Source: an uncultured Anaerolineales bacterium (lineage in GTDB: Bacteria; Chloroflexota; Anaerolineae; Anaerolineales; UBA6663). Taken from it: a DNA stretch of 64,000 nt. Where the stretch lies: assembly GCA_964480865.1 (NCBI GenBank), contig CAYZRP010000024.1, positions 698 through 64,697 of the forward strand. The letters run 5' to 3'. Under the pieces are notes generated by a model that worked only from the letters and a program-made list of their open reading frames with translations, made no database searches and had not been told where the DNA came from. Position numbers and translations under genes: made by a program. This document shows, in pieces, positions 46,675-56,878 of the stretch (within the stretch, counting starts at the first letter, position 1; every line of letters begins with the position of its first letter).

Positions 46675-47433
46675 TCAGTCGGCTCGCAGGATCGTCAGCC
46701 CGAGTTCCACGTATGGATCGAGATCGCGTTGCGGCACCTTCGCCGATGTGAGGATCGCGCTGGCTTCCCGAATGTCGATGACCAGATACGGTGAGACCGC
46801 CCCGATTTTTTCGGGCGAGGCCAGCACATAAGTCTCGACGGCGCTCTGGCTGAGCGCGCGCTTGACGGCTGCTTCCTCGAAATCCCCCGTGGTCAGGCCC
46901 ATCTCGGCATGCACGCCCGTCACACCCATGAAATAGAGGTCTGCATGGATCTGACGGATCGTGTCATTCGCCTGTGTTCCGACGCTGACGATCGAATGCT
47001 TGAAAAGCCGTCCGCCGATGACGATCACGTCTACTTTCGGATGTGTGCTCAGTTCAACAGCGATGCTCGGGCTGTGGGTGACGACCGTGGCCGAGAGGTC
47101 GGCAGGAAGATGCCGGGCCAGTTGCACCGCCGTCGTTCCCCCGTCGACAAGCACGACCTGCCCGGGCTTGATCAGCGACGCGGCCAGCTTGCCGATCGCG
47201 ATCTTGTCGTCAGACGCGAGTGTCTGACGTTGTACGAAGTCGCCTTCTGCCGGCGCCACAGGAACGGCCCCGCCATGAACGCGGCGCAGCAGCCCCTGCG
47301 CGGCAAGTTCACGCAGGTCGCGTCGGATGGTGTCCTCCGACGTCCCCAACGCCTCGCTCAATTCACGTGCGATCACCTGTCGGTCGCGCTCGAGCCATTC
47401 CAGGATCCGCTGCTTTCGGCTTGAGGTGAGCAT
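46675..47433 (-). CDS. DeoR-family transcriptional regulator
   Basis: Start MLTSSRKQRILEWL at 47433. HTH ...ELSEALGTSEDTIRRDLRELA. C-terminal sugar-phosphate sensor domain. Confidence 0.9.
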   Translation of the reverse strand: MLTSSRKQRILEWLERDRQVIARELSEALGTSEDTIRRDLRELAAQGLLRRVHGGAVPVAPAEGDFVQRQTLASDDKIAIGKLAASLIKPGQVVLVDGGTTAVQLARHLPADLSATVVTHSPSIAVELSTHPKVDVIVIGGRLFKHSIVSVGTQANDTIRQIHADLYFMGVTGVHAEMGLTTGDFEEAAVKRALSQSAVETYVLASPEKIGAVSPYLVIDIREASAILTSAKVPQRDLDPYVELGLTILRAD

Positions 47434-47451
47434 GCCGACAGTGTACACGAA

Positions 47452-47482
47452 TCTGCACGAAATGTCTTGACTCTGCACGAAA
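47452..47482. promoter_or_regulatory. Direct repeats TCTGCACGAAA x2 spaced 20 bp, overlapping a TTGACT -35 (candidate DeoR operator/promoter)
   Basis: Read directly in the divergent intergenic. Copies at 47452..47462 and 47472..47482. Confidence 0.4.
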
Positions 47483-47514
47483 ATAGCGATAACGTATCTA
47501 AAACGAGGAATATC

Positions 47515-47901
47515 ATGCAAAATCGTGCAAAACCAAAGATGATCTTGATCGCCGGCCCGTATCGCTCGGGCACCGGAGATGATCCGGTCAGGATGGCAGC
47601 AAACCTGCGACGGCTCGAATCGGTTTCCTATGCGCTCTTTCAGGCCGGTTACGTGCCCATGATCGGCGAGTGGGTGGCGTTGCCCATCTGGCAGGCGGCC
47701 GGGGGCCAGGCCGTCGGGGATTCGTTGTACGACGAGATCCTGCACCCCACCGCCGAGCGACTGCTGCAGCATTGCGACGCCGTCTTGCGGCTGGAGGGAG
47801 CGTCAACGGGCGCCGACAACGACGTACGCGTCGCGCGCGAACGCGGCATCCCCGTGTACCACGCGCTCAAGGATGTGCCAGGCTGTTCGGCCGTAGACTG
47901 A
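47515..47901 (+). CDS. DUF4406 / nucleoside 2-deoxyribosyltransferase-like protein
   Basis: gagga RBS. KMILIAGPYRSG ... CDAVLRLEGASTGADNDVRVARERGIPVY matches the pattern of that fold family (from memory). Confidence 0.5.
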   Translation: MQNRAKPKMILIAGPYRSGTGDDPVRMAANLRRLESVSYALFQAGYVPMIGEWVALPIWQAAGGQAVGDSLYDEILHPTAERLLQHCDAVLRLEGASTGADNDVRVARERGIPVYHALKDVPGCSAVD

Positions 47902-47906
47902 GGTGC

Positions 47907-50900
47907 TCACTCAGTAGTCGGACCGTCGCTCCGCATGCCGCGCTGCGAGATGGGGATGACCTGGAAGAACAGATCGACGGCCTTCGGGTCGAAGTGGCTG
48001 CCGGCTTGTTCGCGGATGTGTGCACGGACCCGCTCCTCCGACCAGCTGTTTCGATAGGGTCGATCGGATCGCAGCGCGTCCCAGACATCCGCCACCATGA
48101 AGATGCGCGCCGCCAGTGGGATCTGTTCGCCCTTTAGTCCGCGCGGGTAGCCGGTGCCGTCCCACTTTTCGTGATGGCAGTACGGGATGTCGAGCGCCGG
48201 CCTCAGGTAATCGATCGACGAGAGCATGTCGTAAGCGTACTGCGGATGCATGCGCATCGTGGCCCATTCTTCGTCGGTCAGGGCGTCTGTCTTGAGCAGG
48301 ATCCGGTCCGGTACGCCCAGCTTGCCGATGTCGTGAAGCAACGCGCCGCGCCGCACATGGGCGATCTGGTCGCCGGTCATGCCCGCAGCCTGGGCGAGCG
48401 TCAGCGTCAACTCGGTGACGCGTTGGGTGTGGCCTTCGGTCTCTTTGTCGCGCAGGTCCATGGCGCGCGACCAGCCTTCGATCGTGGCATCGTACGCCAG
48501 TCGCAACTCGGTGTTCGAACGCTGCAGGTCGCTGAAGAGATGCGCGTCGTCGAGCGCGATGGCCGCCTGACCGGCGAGCGTTTCGAGGAAGTCGCGCCAT
48601 TCAACGTCGACGGCGAGTGGCGAGCGATGGAAAACCTCGAGGACTCCAACCAGGCGGCCCTTGGCAACCAGGGGCACGCCGGCATAAGCCATGAACGAGT
48701 CGGCGATCAGCAGGTTCGATCGCACGAATCCGGCGGCGCCGCTTTCGCGCAGGTTCGGCATCACCACAAGACGCCGCTCGAGCCCGGCCTGCCCGGCATA
48801 GCCCTGCCCGAGCCGCAGCCGACTCTGTTCGATTTCGTGGCTTCGGAAGCCGCGGCCCGCTGCATATTCCAACGTTTGCAGGCCCTCGTTGAAGAGCAGG
48901 ATCGCAGCGGCGTCGACGTTCAGTTGCGCAGTGACTTGATCCAACAACACGTCGAGTGTGAGGCGGATGTCGAGGTTCGACGTGATCATCACGTCGATGG
49001 TGCGCAGTGCCTTGAGCCGTTGCAGTTGAAGCTGAAGACGTTCCTGTGTGCGAACCCGCTCACTGATGTCGCGCACGCTCGCGAGCACACACGCCCGCCC
49101 CTGCAGCATGAAGGGGCGCAGGACGACCTCCTCCTGGATCTCGCTGCCGTCTTTTCGACGGCTCGTGCGCTCGGTGGGCAGCCGCGACATGAGCGCCTGC
49201 TCGAGTTCCTCGAGGGAGCGTTCCTCGAGCCCGGGCGGCGCAAAATCGCGAGCCGACATCTGCAGGAGTTCGCCTCGGCTGTAGCCGTAGCGCTCCACGG
49301 CACCGGAGTTGACGTCGATGATCCGACCGTCAGGGTCGGCGATGAAGATAGCATCCGGCGTGGCCTTGAAGACCGTCTGCAGCCGATCCTCGCTCTCGCG
49401 CAGGGCCTCCTCCGACCTTCGGCGTTCGCTTAGTTCACGCGTCACCTGAGTGAACAGACGCGCGTTGAGGATCGCCAGGGATGCCCGATCCGCCAGGTCC
49501 TCCAGCAGGCGCAAATCCTCGGTTTGGAACGACGCCTGCTCCTGACGGTAACGCGCCAGCACCAACACACCGATGCGTTTGTCTTGCGCGATCAAAGGCA
49601 CCGACAGCAGGCTGTGAACCGGAAAATGCGCAAGCGTTGGCTTGAGTTCGGGCACCACTTGTTGCGCCAGCGCTTCAGAGGTTGTCTTCGGCAGGAACAC
49701 CGATTGCCCGGCGCCAAAGACCTGCGCACCGATGACAGTGTCTCTGACGCGAGCCGGCGCGCTCCCGAGGAGCTTGATCGCGATCTGCCGCATCGACTCG
49801 TCGCGATCCTGCACAGCCGCCAATTCGAGCCATTCGCCGTCGTCGGTGATCAGACGGATGTGCGCGTGGCCATCCAGGGCTTCAGCGACGCGTTTGGCCA
49901 CCTGATCGAGCACAGCGTGGATGTCCGTCCCCGCATTGGCAAAGGCGCGCGAGGCTTCAGCCAGCACTTTGAGCCGCTCGGTTTGCTCGCGGATCCTGGC
50001 CTCGGCTTGCTTCTGTTTCGTGATGTCCTGGACGATCCCGGTCAGGCGCGTGATAGAACCGCGTTCGTCTTGAACCACCTCGCTGGGTTGGGCCCATACC
50101 GTGTGAACGCTCCCGTCAGGATGGAGCACGCGATACTCCATGGGGCCGGGCGCCTGTTCGGTCACTACCCGCTCATTGGCCTGGCGCACTACTTCGCGGT
50201 CGTCCGGGTGAATAGCCCGGGCGATGACGGCCTCGAGATCCAACACGTCGGATGGCTCGACACCGAAGATGCGGTGCATCTCGTCTGACCATGTCAGCCG
50301 GTTGGTGCGCGTGTCCCAGGTCCAGTGCCCGACGTGGGCAACCGCCTGCGAGTGCTTCAGCGCAGCCTCGCTCGCAGCAAGGGCGGCTGTCGTCTGCCGT
50401 CGGCGAGACTCTCGCTCGAGCATGTCGAGCGCATATGAAAGGTCGAGCCCCATCTCGGTCAGCAGCTTCAGTTCTTCAGGATAGACGAAGAAGCTGACGT
50501 CGGATGCGTACAACGCGAGCACACCAGTGACCCGCTGGCCCAGATGCAACGGCACGATCGCACACGCCCGGCAGTCAGCGCCTGCCCCCGTGGCCCCGAC
50601 GAGCGTCTCAAGCGCTGCGGCCCGGTCGCCATGCGTGATCTGGCCGGTGCGCACCGCAGCACCGATCAAACCGTCGCGGTGGGGCGCTGCGTGAACGTTG
50701 ATGGCGTCAGCCTCGAAAGGCTCGCTCGATGCGACAGGCCTGACCTCGCCGGAGGGTGCGTCATAGAGGCCGATCCACGCGAGTCGAAACTGGCCGAACT
50801 CGACAGACAGGCGGCAGGTCGACTCGAAGAGCTCGTGCTCGGATTCGACCCGCACGATCATCTGGTTGACCTGGCTTAGCGTGGCATACAGCCGCTGAAG

Positions 50901-51686
50901 TTGAGCGTTCAGGGTCTCGATCCGCTGTCGGTCGGTGATGTCGAGTTGTGTCGCTACCCGGTATGCAGGCAAACCGCGCTCGTCCCGCACCGTCACAAGA
51001 TCAATCTGCAGCGCGCGTAGTTCGCCATCGGGCCGGACGATGCGCGCCACGAACTGCGCGTGACCAGTTCGATCTGACTCGGCCATGCCCCGGATGGCGA
51101 GGTCGCGATCCTCGGCCAGATAGGTATCGAGGAGTGGCGTATGCAGCATCTCTTCGATGGTTCGACCGCGCGTCTCCGCCAGGGCCGCATTGCAGGCGTG
51201 CAGGCGGTCGACGCCCGGCACGCCGATGGCGATGCCGTGCGAACAGTGCTGGAAGGCATTGACCCACAGTTGCTGTTGGCGTTCGTCAACGTTGCCTGCG
51301 GTCACGTCGTCGATCAGCAGGATCGCGCCGCTCGGCGCCGCGTCGGGCACGGAATGGTGAGGGATCGCCGAGATCTTCAGCCAGCTCGGGCTGGCCGGGT
51401 CATCGCTGCGAACGGTCGCGATCCGGCCGGGTGCAGGTTCACCTGTGCGCAACACGACCTGGGCGGGAAGTTGATCGCGGGGAATGGCATCTCCGCGCTC
51501 ATCCGTCAGGCCCTCGAGGCGGCCCTGTACGTCACCGATCGGGCAATTGAGTTTCGCTAACGCAGCCGGATTGGCGGCGACCACCGTCCCGGTATGGTCC
51601 AGGACGACGACGCCTGTGGGGAGCGTGTCGAACAGGGTCCGAAAGAGACCAGGTACCAGCTGGGCATCCGGATCGCTTCCACTCAT
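47907..51686 (-). CDS. Multi-PAS/GAF signalling protein with C-terminal HD-GYP phosphodiesterase domain
   Basis: Start at 51686, 6 nt after ggaggtg. Several PAS-like and GAF-like blocks. C-terminal HTQRV...LLHDIGKLGVPDRILLK...HHEKWDGTGYPRGL (HD-GYP). Confidence 0.9.
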   Translation of the reverse strand: MSGSDPDAQLVPGLFRTLFDTLPTGVVVLDHTGTVVAANPAALAKLNCPIGDVQGRLEGLTDERGDAIPRDQLPAQVVLRTGEPAPGRIATVRSDDPASPSWLKISAIPHHSVPDAAPSGAILLIDDVTAGNVDERQQQLWVNAFQHCSHGIAIGVPGVDRLHACNAALAETRGRTIEEMLHTPLLDTYLAEDRDLAIRGMAESDRTGHAQFVARIVRPDGELRALQIDLVTVRDERGLPAYRVATQLDITDRQRIETLNAQLQRLYATLSQVNQMIVRVESEHELFESTCRLSVEFGQFRLAWIGLYDAPSGEVRPVASSEPFEADAINVHAAPHRDGLIGAAVRTGQITHGDRAAALETLVGATGAGADCRACAIVPLHLGQRVTGVLALYASDVSFFVYPEELKLLTEMGLDLSYALDMLERESRRRQTTAALAASEAALKHSQAVAHVGHWTWDTRTNRLTWSDEMHRIFGVEPSDVLDLEAVIARAIHPDDREVVRQANERVVTEQAPGPMEYRVLHPDGSVHTVWAQPSEVVQDERGSITRLTGIVQDITKQKQAEARIREQTERLKVLAEASRAFANAGTDIHAVLDQVAKRVAEALDGHAHIRLITDDGEWLELAAVQDRDESMRQIAIKLLGSAPARVRDTVIGAQVFGAGQSVFLPKTTSEALAQQVVPELKPTLAHFPVHSLLSVPLIAQDKRIGVLVLARYRQEQASFQTEDLRLLEDLADRASLAILNARLFTQVTRELSERRRSEEALRESEDRLQTVFKATPDAIFIADPDGRIIDVNSGAVERYGYSRGELLQMSARDFAPPGLEERSLEELEQALMSRLPTERTSRRKDGSEIQEEVVLRPFMLQGRACVLASVRDISERVRTQERLQLQLQRLKALRTIDVMITSNLDIRLTLDVLLDQVTAQLNVDAAAILLFNEGLQTLEYAAGRGFRSHEIEQSRLRLGQGYAGQAGLERRLVVMPNLRESGAAGFVRSNLLIADSFMAYAGVPLVAKGRLVGVLEVFHRSPLAVDVEWRDFLETLAGQAAIALDDAHLFSDLQRSNTELRLAYDATIEGWSRAMDLRDKETEGHTQRVTELTLTLAQAAGMTGDQIAHVRRGALLHDIGKLGVPDRILLKTDALTDEEWATMRMHPQYAYDMLSSIDYLRPALDIPYCHHEKWDGTGYPRGLKGEQIPLAARIFMVADVWDALRSDRPYRNSWSEERVRAHIREQAGSHFDPKAVDLFFQVIPISQRGMRSDGPTTE

Positions 51687-51859
51687 GCTCACCTCCGCCG
51701 CATAAAACCGAGACACGCGAGTGGCAGCTCGCGATCGGGGTCGACGGGTGAAGCGCGCTGTCGGGCAGCACGGCCTAACCGTTTTGAAATTATAGGGCGT
51801 CCTTGTGACAAAAACCCAGTTTCAATTGCCAGGTCTTAAGTCTGACGAACGATAGGCAA

Positions 51860-51891
51860 CAAAAAACGCCCTCCGGTTATGGAGGGCGTTT
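51860..51891 (-). terminator. Rho-independent terminator of the DUF35/thiolase/HMGCS gene string
   Basis: On the minus strand: aacgccctcc-ataacc-ggagggcgtt followed by ttttgtt. Confidence 0.8.
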
Positions 51892-51909
51892 GAAAGGGAT
51901 CGCTGGGTC

Positions 51910-52314
51910 TCAGGCCTGAGCCAGCGCCGGGCGGAACTTGTAGCCGTACACAAGCATGCCGCGCTCGTCGCCGTCTTCGCGCAGCTTGCGCGTGACCATC
52001 TCGACCCGCTGACCGATCGACACCTCAGCCAGCTCGACATCTGTCAACTGAGCCGTCAGGAGGGGACCTTCGTCAAGCTTGACCAGCGCCACGGCATAGG
52101 GCGCGTTCGCCTCGAAGCCCTCGGGCGGATCATGCACGACCGTGTACGAATACACCTCGCCTTTGCCCGCAAAGACATAAGGTGTCTTGGCTTCGCCAGC
52201 GCAGGAGGGGCACACATCCCGGGGCGGGAAGATCTTGGCATCACAATGCGGGCACACTTCTCCAACCAGACCGTACCGTTGTTGGCGCAACCGCCAGTGT
52301 CGAGAGATTTCCAT
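51910..52314 (-). CDS. DUF35 Zn-ribbon/OB-fold protein (thiolase-HMGCS scaffold type)
   Basis: CPHCDAKIFPPRDVCPSC rubredoxin-like ribbon followed by an OB-fold region. Confidence 0.85.
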   Translation of the reverse strand: MEISRHWRLRQQRYGLVGEVCPHCDAKIFPPRDVCPSCAGEAKTPYVFAGKGEVYSYTVVHDPPEGFEANAPYAVALVKLDEGPLLTAQLTDVELAEVSIGQRVEMVTRKLREDGDERGMLVYGYKFRPALAQA

Positions 52315-52555
52315 AAAGTTGATTGTCGCCTTTCAGTCCAACAATGCCAGGCTAAACTAGCACTGTAGACCTCTCACGAGCTATCAACGGCCCCTCAGAG
52401 CCTTGAGAGTTGGCTTGAATGGGTTCAATGGGCCACCGTCGGTTACCGAAAACAGGCGAGCGTGCCAGGCGAAGCCCTCGTTCGCTTCTGGTCGGGCCAA
52501 TCGATGTGCAACCGGGGGGCCTGCCCTTCGTGGCCTGTGTTATGTAACTGACTGA

Positions 52556-53704
52556 CTAGTCTGCAACGAGGATGTGCGAGACGGCATTGGCGGCGACGCC
52601 ACCCAGGCATTGCGCCATCCCGACTTTGGCGCCGGCCACCTGGTTGGCGCCGGCCTCACCGCGGAGCTGGAGGGCCACCTCGGCGATCTGATACACGCCG
52701 GTGGCTCCGATCGGGTTGCCGCGAGCTTTGAGGCCGCCGAAGGTCTGGATGGGGATACGCCGGTCGAGCCCGATCTGTTCGTCGACGGCCAGCTGCCAGC
52801 CCTTTCCGCGTTCGGCAAAGCCGGCGGCCTCCAGGCTGAGCGCCGCAAATACGCTATAGGCGTCAAAGAGCTCGAACACGTCGATATCGTTGGGGCCGAT
52901 GCCGGCCATCTTGTAGGCTCGACCCGAGGCGAGTTGGGCCGCGTCGAAGCCGAGCAGGTCAGGGCGGTCGTGCAGCGCCAGCGTGTCCGTCGCCTGCGCC
53001 GAAGCTGCCACCCGCACAGGAGTCGGCCGCGAGGTGAGCACAACAGCAGCGGCGCCATCGCACTCCGGCGAAACATCCAACATCGAAACGGGATCGGCCA
53101 CAGCGCCGGCGCGCACATAGGCATCGCGCGTCACGGCATTGCGGAACATGGCATTAGTGTTGGCGCGGGCGTTGGCATGCGCGTTGACAGCGAAGTTGGC
53201 GAAAACGTCATGCGCCACGCCGTACGTGTGCAGATAGCGCTGCATCAATAACCCTGCCAGTGCTGCCGGGGTCACGCCTTGCGCGCTCTCGAAGTCCGAG
53301 TCGCCGGCCGTCGCCGCCGCACCGTTGACGCGACTGCCGATCGTGTCCGTGATCTTCTCGACGCCGACCACCAGGGCTGTCTCGACCTGCCCCGATGCCA
53401 CGGCAATGTAAGCCTGTCGGAGGGCGGCGCCACCCGATGCGCCGGCGGCCTCAATTGTCGCCGCTTCGATCCCGCGCAGTCCCGCGAAGTCCGCGATCAA
53501 TACGGCAAGGTGCGCCTGCCCGCTCAACTGGCCGGCAAGGGCGTTGGCCGCGAACAGGGCTTCCGCCGGGGCGCGCCCGCCGAGCACGCGTTCGGTATCT
53601 TTGGCTGCCGCTTCCAGGGCGCCAAACGCCATCTCGCGCAGCGACTTGTCCCAATGCTCGCCCGCCGGCGTCATGCCGATCCCGGCTACGTAAACATTGC
53701 CCAT
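52556..53704 (-). CDS. Thiolase-domain protein (archaeal-type acetyl-CoA acetyltransferase)
   Basis: MGNVYVAGIGMTP...; C-terminal GLKARGNPIGATG and CLGGVAANA motifs. Confidence 0.9.
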   Translation of the reverse strand: MGNVYVAGIGMTPAGEHWDKSLREMAFGALEAAAKDTERVLGGRAPAEALFAANALAGQLSGQAHLAVLIADFAGLRGIEAATIEAAGASGGAALRQAYIAVASGQVETALVVGVEKITDTIGSRVNGAAATAGDSDFESAQGVTPAALAGLLMQRYLHTYGVAHDVFANFAVNAHANARANTNAMFRNAVTRDAYVRAGAVADPVSMLDVSPECDGAAAVVLTSRPTPVRVAASAQATDTLALHDRPDLLGFDAAQLASGRAYKMAGIGPNDIDVFELFDAYSVFAALSLEAAGFAERGKGWQLAVDEQIGLDRRIPIQTFGGLKARGNPIGATGVYQIAEVALQLRGEAGANQVAGAKVGMAQCLGGVAANAVSHILVAD

Positions 53705-53718
53705 GGTGTCCTCAATCA

Positions 53719-53791
53719 GACGACGAACGACGAATGACGAAAGCTGCGTGAGACAACCTTCGTGTTCGTCATTCGTCGTTCGTCATTCGTC
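53719..53791. repeat. GACGAAN-heptamer hairpin element (inverted-loop variant)
   Basis: cagac gacgaac gacgaat gacgaaa gctgcgtgagacaacc ttcgtgt tcgtca ttcgtcg ttcgtca ttcgtc. Lies 15 nt upstream of the thiolase start. Confidence 0.9.
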
Positions 53792-53820
53792 AATCCCATA
53801 TTGTCTCGGTCGTCGTCGGC

Positions 53821-55035
53821 CTACGGCGCTTTCGCCAGGTTCTCGGCGAGTCTCGTCGCCAATGCTTCGGCCAGCGCGTCGTTCGGGATGCTGAGATCGA
53901 TGGCGGCGTCGCGTGTGCCAACCGGGCGTGCGGTGACCTGGACGCTGGCTACGTAACGGCCGACACGGAAATTGATTTCGATGACCGACGATTGGCCGTC
54001 GGGGTTTTGGCCCGGATCCGTGATCCGCAGCCACTTGCGCGCCGTGTCGCCGATCGCCGGGCCGGGCTGGATCTCGTTTTCCGGCGAAAGCCCAACCATC
54101 GCTGCCAGACCCGTGGCCGCGCCCTCGGCATCTTTGTAGACCGAGACCTGTTGGAACAGCAGCACACCGATGGTGCGCGCTTCTTCATCACGCGTGACGC
54201 CCTTGACCCAATATGACTGATAGCCCAGGACACGACCGGCCTTGTCGAGCACCGCTCGCGCGGCCTCCGGAAAGTCGCTGTTGAGTGTGAACGAGGGCAG
54301 TTGGGCGGTATTGATCAGCCAGCGATCGCCGAGACGTGTATCGACTTCTGCGAGTTGCGCCGGTGTCAACAGATACGGTCGAGGATCAGGCGGCGCCGCG
54401 GCCAGAAATCCTGAGGTCTGCAGCGCGGCGGGGATGGCGCGAGTGTGCATGCGATCCGCCATGGTGGCCGAGTAGGCCAGGGCCTGGGTGGCGTCAGGTA
54501 CGCCTCTGGCTGTGCCGAGCATCGACACTGACCCGATGACGTTGAGCACGCGGAAGTCCACACGCACCACGCTCTGCGCGTACGTGGGATCCGGGTCGGT
54601 GTACTTCCAGACGCGGCTCTCTTCAGCGCCAGCGACAGTGCCTTCGATCAACGACCAGCCGTCGCCGAGGGTCTCGCCCTGGAGCGCGGCCGACGCGTTC
54701 GCGGCACTGTCGAAGAGCAGGACGCGCACGCCGAGGTCGTTGAGATCGGGGTTGTCGGCTCCGGCTACGTAGCTGCCTGTGTACAGGCTCTTCAGACCGG
54801 GAACATCTACGGTTGCCGTAGCAACTTCAGTGGATGTGAGTTGCGAGACGTCGAGGACCGTCTGCTCGCTGAGCGTCCAGTCGGCCCCGGCGTCTTCCGG
54901 CAGCAGTCGGTAATTCCACACATCGCCGATGATGAGATCGCGCGAAGGCTGGTTGGAGTTGGTCCAGGCGAGCGCACCGGCGATCAAAACGCCGAGCGCG
55001 ACGAGGGCAATGACGATTGTGCGAGAGCGAGTCAT
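53821..55035 (-). CDS. Membrane-anchored extracytoplasmic hypothetical protein
   Basis: N-terminal anchor TIVIALVALGVLIAGALAW. No recognisable family. Sits between HMGCS and thiolase. Confidence 0.55.
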   Translation of the reverse strand: MTRSRTIVIALVALGVLIAGALAWTNSNQPSRDLIIGDVWNYRLLPEDAGADWTLSEQTVLDVSQLTSTEVATATVDVPGLKSLYTGSYVAGADNPDLNDLGVRVLLFDSAANASAALQGETLGDGWSLIEGTVAGAEESRVWKYTDPDPTYAQSVVRVDFRVLNVIGSVSMLGTARGVPDATQALAYSATMADRMHTRAIPAALQTSGFLAAAPPDPRPYLLTPAQLAEVDTRLGDRWLINTAQLPSFTLNSDFPEAARAVLDKAGRVLGYQSYWVKGVTRDEEARTIGVLLFQQVSVYKDAEGAATGLAAMVGLSPENEIQPGPAIGDTARKWLRITDPGQNPDGQSSVIEINFRVGRYVASVQVTARPVGTRDAAIDLSIPNDALAEALATRLAENLAKAP

Positions 55036-55105
55036 GGTTCCAGGTCATCCGGCCCGGCGACCCGGGTCAAGATCAACAACGGCACCGCAGCCGTCAAAGG
55101 ATCGG

Positions 55106-56152
55106 TTACTTCAGCACCAGTTTGTCGCGCAAACGCGCGTACATGGCGTAGTCGATCGGCGTGCGTCGGGCGATGTAGTCGCGCGTCTTCGGCGCCTTCG
55201 ACTGGCGATCGCGTACGTTGTCGGTGATCGTCAGGCCGAAGGCATCCGAGCCGGCGCCCGAGCCGAACGACACAAGCAGCACCCGCTGGCCGGGCTCCGC
55301 GATGTCGAGCACGGCGCTCAGCCCGATCATGGCGCAGCCGGCATAGGTGTTGCCGATCTCGCCGACGAGCAGGCCCGTCTTAATCTGCGCATCCGTGAAG
55401 CCGCACATCTTGGCCGCACGCTGCGGAAACTTGAGGTTGGGTTGATGCAGCACCACGAAGTCGTAGTCCTTGGGCGATGCACCGGCCAACTCCATGTATG
55501 TCTCAGCGGCGCCGGTGACGTGCTTGAAGTACGCAGGCTCGCCGGTGAAGCGCTGACCGTGCTCCGGGTACTTGGCGTGCTGCCGACGCCAGAAGTCCGG
55601 CGTGTCGGTGACGAACGAGTACGAGCCCTCGATCAGCGCCAGCGATTCTTCGGCCGGGCCGAGCAGATAGGCGGCGCCGCCGGCGCCGGCCGTGTACTCG
55701 AGCGCATCGCCGGGCCGGCCCTGGGCCGTGTCCATGCCGATGGCAAGCGCGTAGTCGGCCATGCCCGAGCCGACGAAGCCGATCGCGGCCTGCATGGCCT
55801 CGGTGCCGGCTTTGCACGCGAACTGCCAGTCGGCGGCCAGCGTGTGCGGCACGATGCCGAGCGCTTCCGCCACGAGCGTCGAGGTCGGTTTGACGGCGTA
55901 GGGGTGGCTTTCGCTGCCGACCCACACCGCGCGGATCCGTGTCGGGTCGATCTCGGCGCGGTTCAGGGCGTTGCGCGAGGCCTCGATCGACATCGTCGCG
56001 ACGTCTTCATCGACGCCGGGCACGGCCTTCTCTTTGATTGGCAACGCACCGTCGCCGCCCGTCCACACCCGCGCGACTTCGCTGGCCGGTAGACGGTAAC
56101 GCGGCACATAGGCCCCGTAGCCGACGATGCCCACCGGGCGGTTGGGTTTCAT
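55106..56152 (-). CDS. Hydroxymethylglutaryl-CoA synthase (archaeal type)
   Basis: Start [21 protein letters not shown] at 56152. Catalytic-Cys region ([10 protein letters not shown]) and HQPN motif. Confidence 0.88.
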   Translation of the reverse strand: MKPNRPVGIVGYGAYVPRYRLPASEVARVWTGGDGALPIKEKAVPGVDEDVATMSIEASRNALNRAEIDPTRIRAVWVGSESHPYAVKPTSTLVAEALGIVPHTLAADWQFACKAGTEAMQAAIGFVGSGMADYALAIGMDTAQGRPGDALEYTAGAGGAAYLLGPAEESLALIEGSYSFVTDTPDFWRRQHAKYPEHGQRFTGEPAYFKHVTGAAETYMELAGASPKDYDFVVLHQPNLKFPQRAAKMCGFTDAQIKTGLLVGEIGNTYAGCAMIGLSAVLDIAEPGQRVLLVSFGSGAGSDAFGLTITDNVRDRQSKAPKTRDYIARRTPIDYAMYARLRDKLVLK

Positions 56153-56220
56153 CAGTTGTCGCGAGGTTTCTTCTGGCATAGGCTTTACGTCAAGCACTTC
56201 TGGCGCCTCGAGCGCCACTC

Positions 56221-56250
56221 AAAAAGAAGACGGCGGTGTTGCCGCCGTCT
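56221..56250 (-). terminator. Rho-independent terminator downstream of the DUF4190 pair
   Basis: Minus strand: agacggcggc-aaca-ccgccgtct followed by tctttttg. Confidence 0.65.
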
Positions 56251-56292
56251 CCACCGAAAGCGAAGCGGATTCTACCACCCGCCGGCCATCAG

Positions 56293-56388
56293 AAGCTGTC
56301 AGATAGCGTTCAGCGATAAGCTGTTAGCCCTCAGCGCCTGCCGAATGAGCCACCAGCTGAAGGCTAAACGCTGATTGCTGACCGCCAG
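56293..56388. repeat. Degenerate heptamer inverted repeat, AGCNNTN family
   Basis: agcgttc agcgata agctgtt agccctc agcgcct ... and the inverted gaaggct aaacgct gattgct. Imperfect pairing. Abuts the stop codon at 56389. Confidence 0.6.
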
Positions 56389-56808
56389 CTACGGTACCGC
56401 CGTCTCGGTCAGCAGGCGCTGGATCTCGGTCCAGTCGGTCGACGAGAAGATCGCGGCGCCGAAGATCAGGAAGAGCAGGAGCGCGCCGCAGAGGATCAAG
56501 ACGAGCAGGACCAGGGATATGTAGTTCAGCGCCAGGCCGGTCACGGCCATCCAGCGCGAGCCAGATTCCGGGCTGCCTGGGCCGGTCTGGCCAAGGCCCA
56601 TGTGCCCGGTGACGATGCCGACGATGGTCGCGATGAAGCCGATGAGGCCCGTGCACAGGCTGCTGCCGGGCAGGATGAATCCGATCGCACAGCCGCCGAG
56701 CCAGCCAACGAACCACGTCACACCGCCGGCAATCAGACTGACAAGTGCCATGGTGTTGGTGCCTCCGCCGCTCGAGTAACCGGGCGCGGGGCTTGACGGG
56801 ATATTCAT
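56389..56808 (-). CDS. DUF4190-like small membrane protein
   Basis: aggagg RBS, start MNIPSS at 56808. Four TM segments. About 50-60% identical by eye to the upstream paralog. Confidence 0.62.
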   Translation of the reverse strand: MNIPSSPAPGYSSGGGTNTMALVSLIAGGVTWFVGWLGGCAIGFILPGSSLCTGLIGFIATIVGIVTGHMGLGQTGPGSPESGSRWMAVTGLALNYISLVLLVLILCGALLLFLIFGAAIFSSTDWTEIQRLLTETAVP

Positions 56809-56878
56809 GAGGCCTCCTGAGCAGGAAAGATGAAAGAACTCGAAAGCAACATCGCCCTCGAGGGACGACCCCGGTCGT

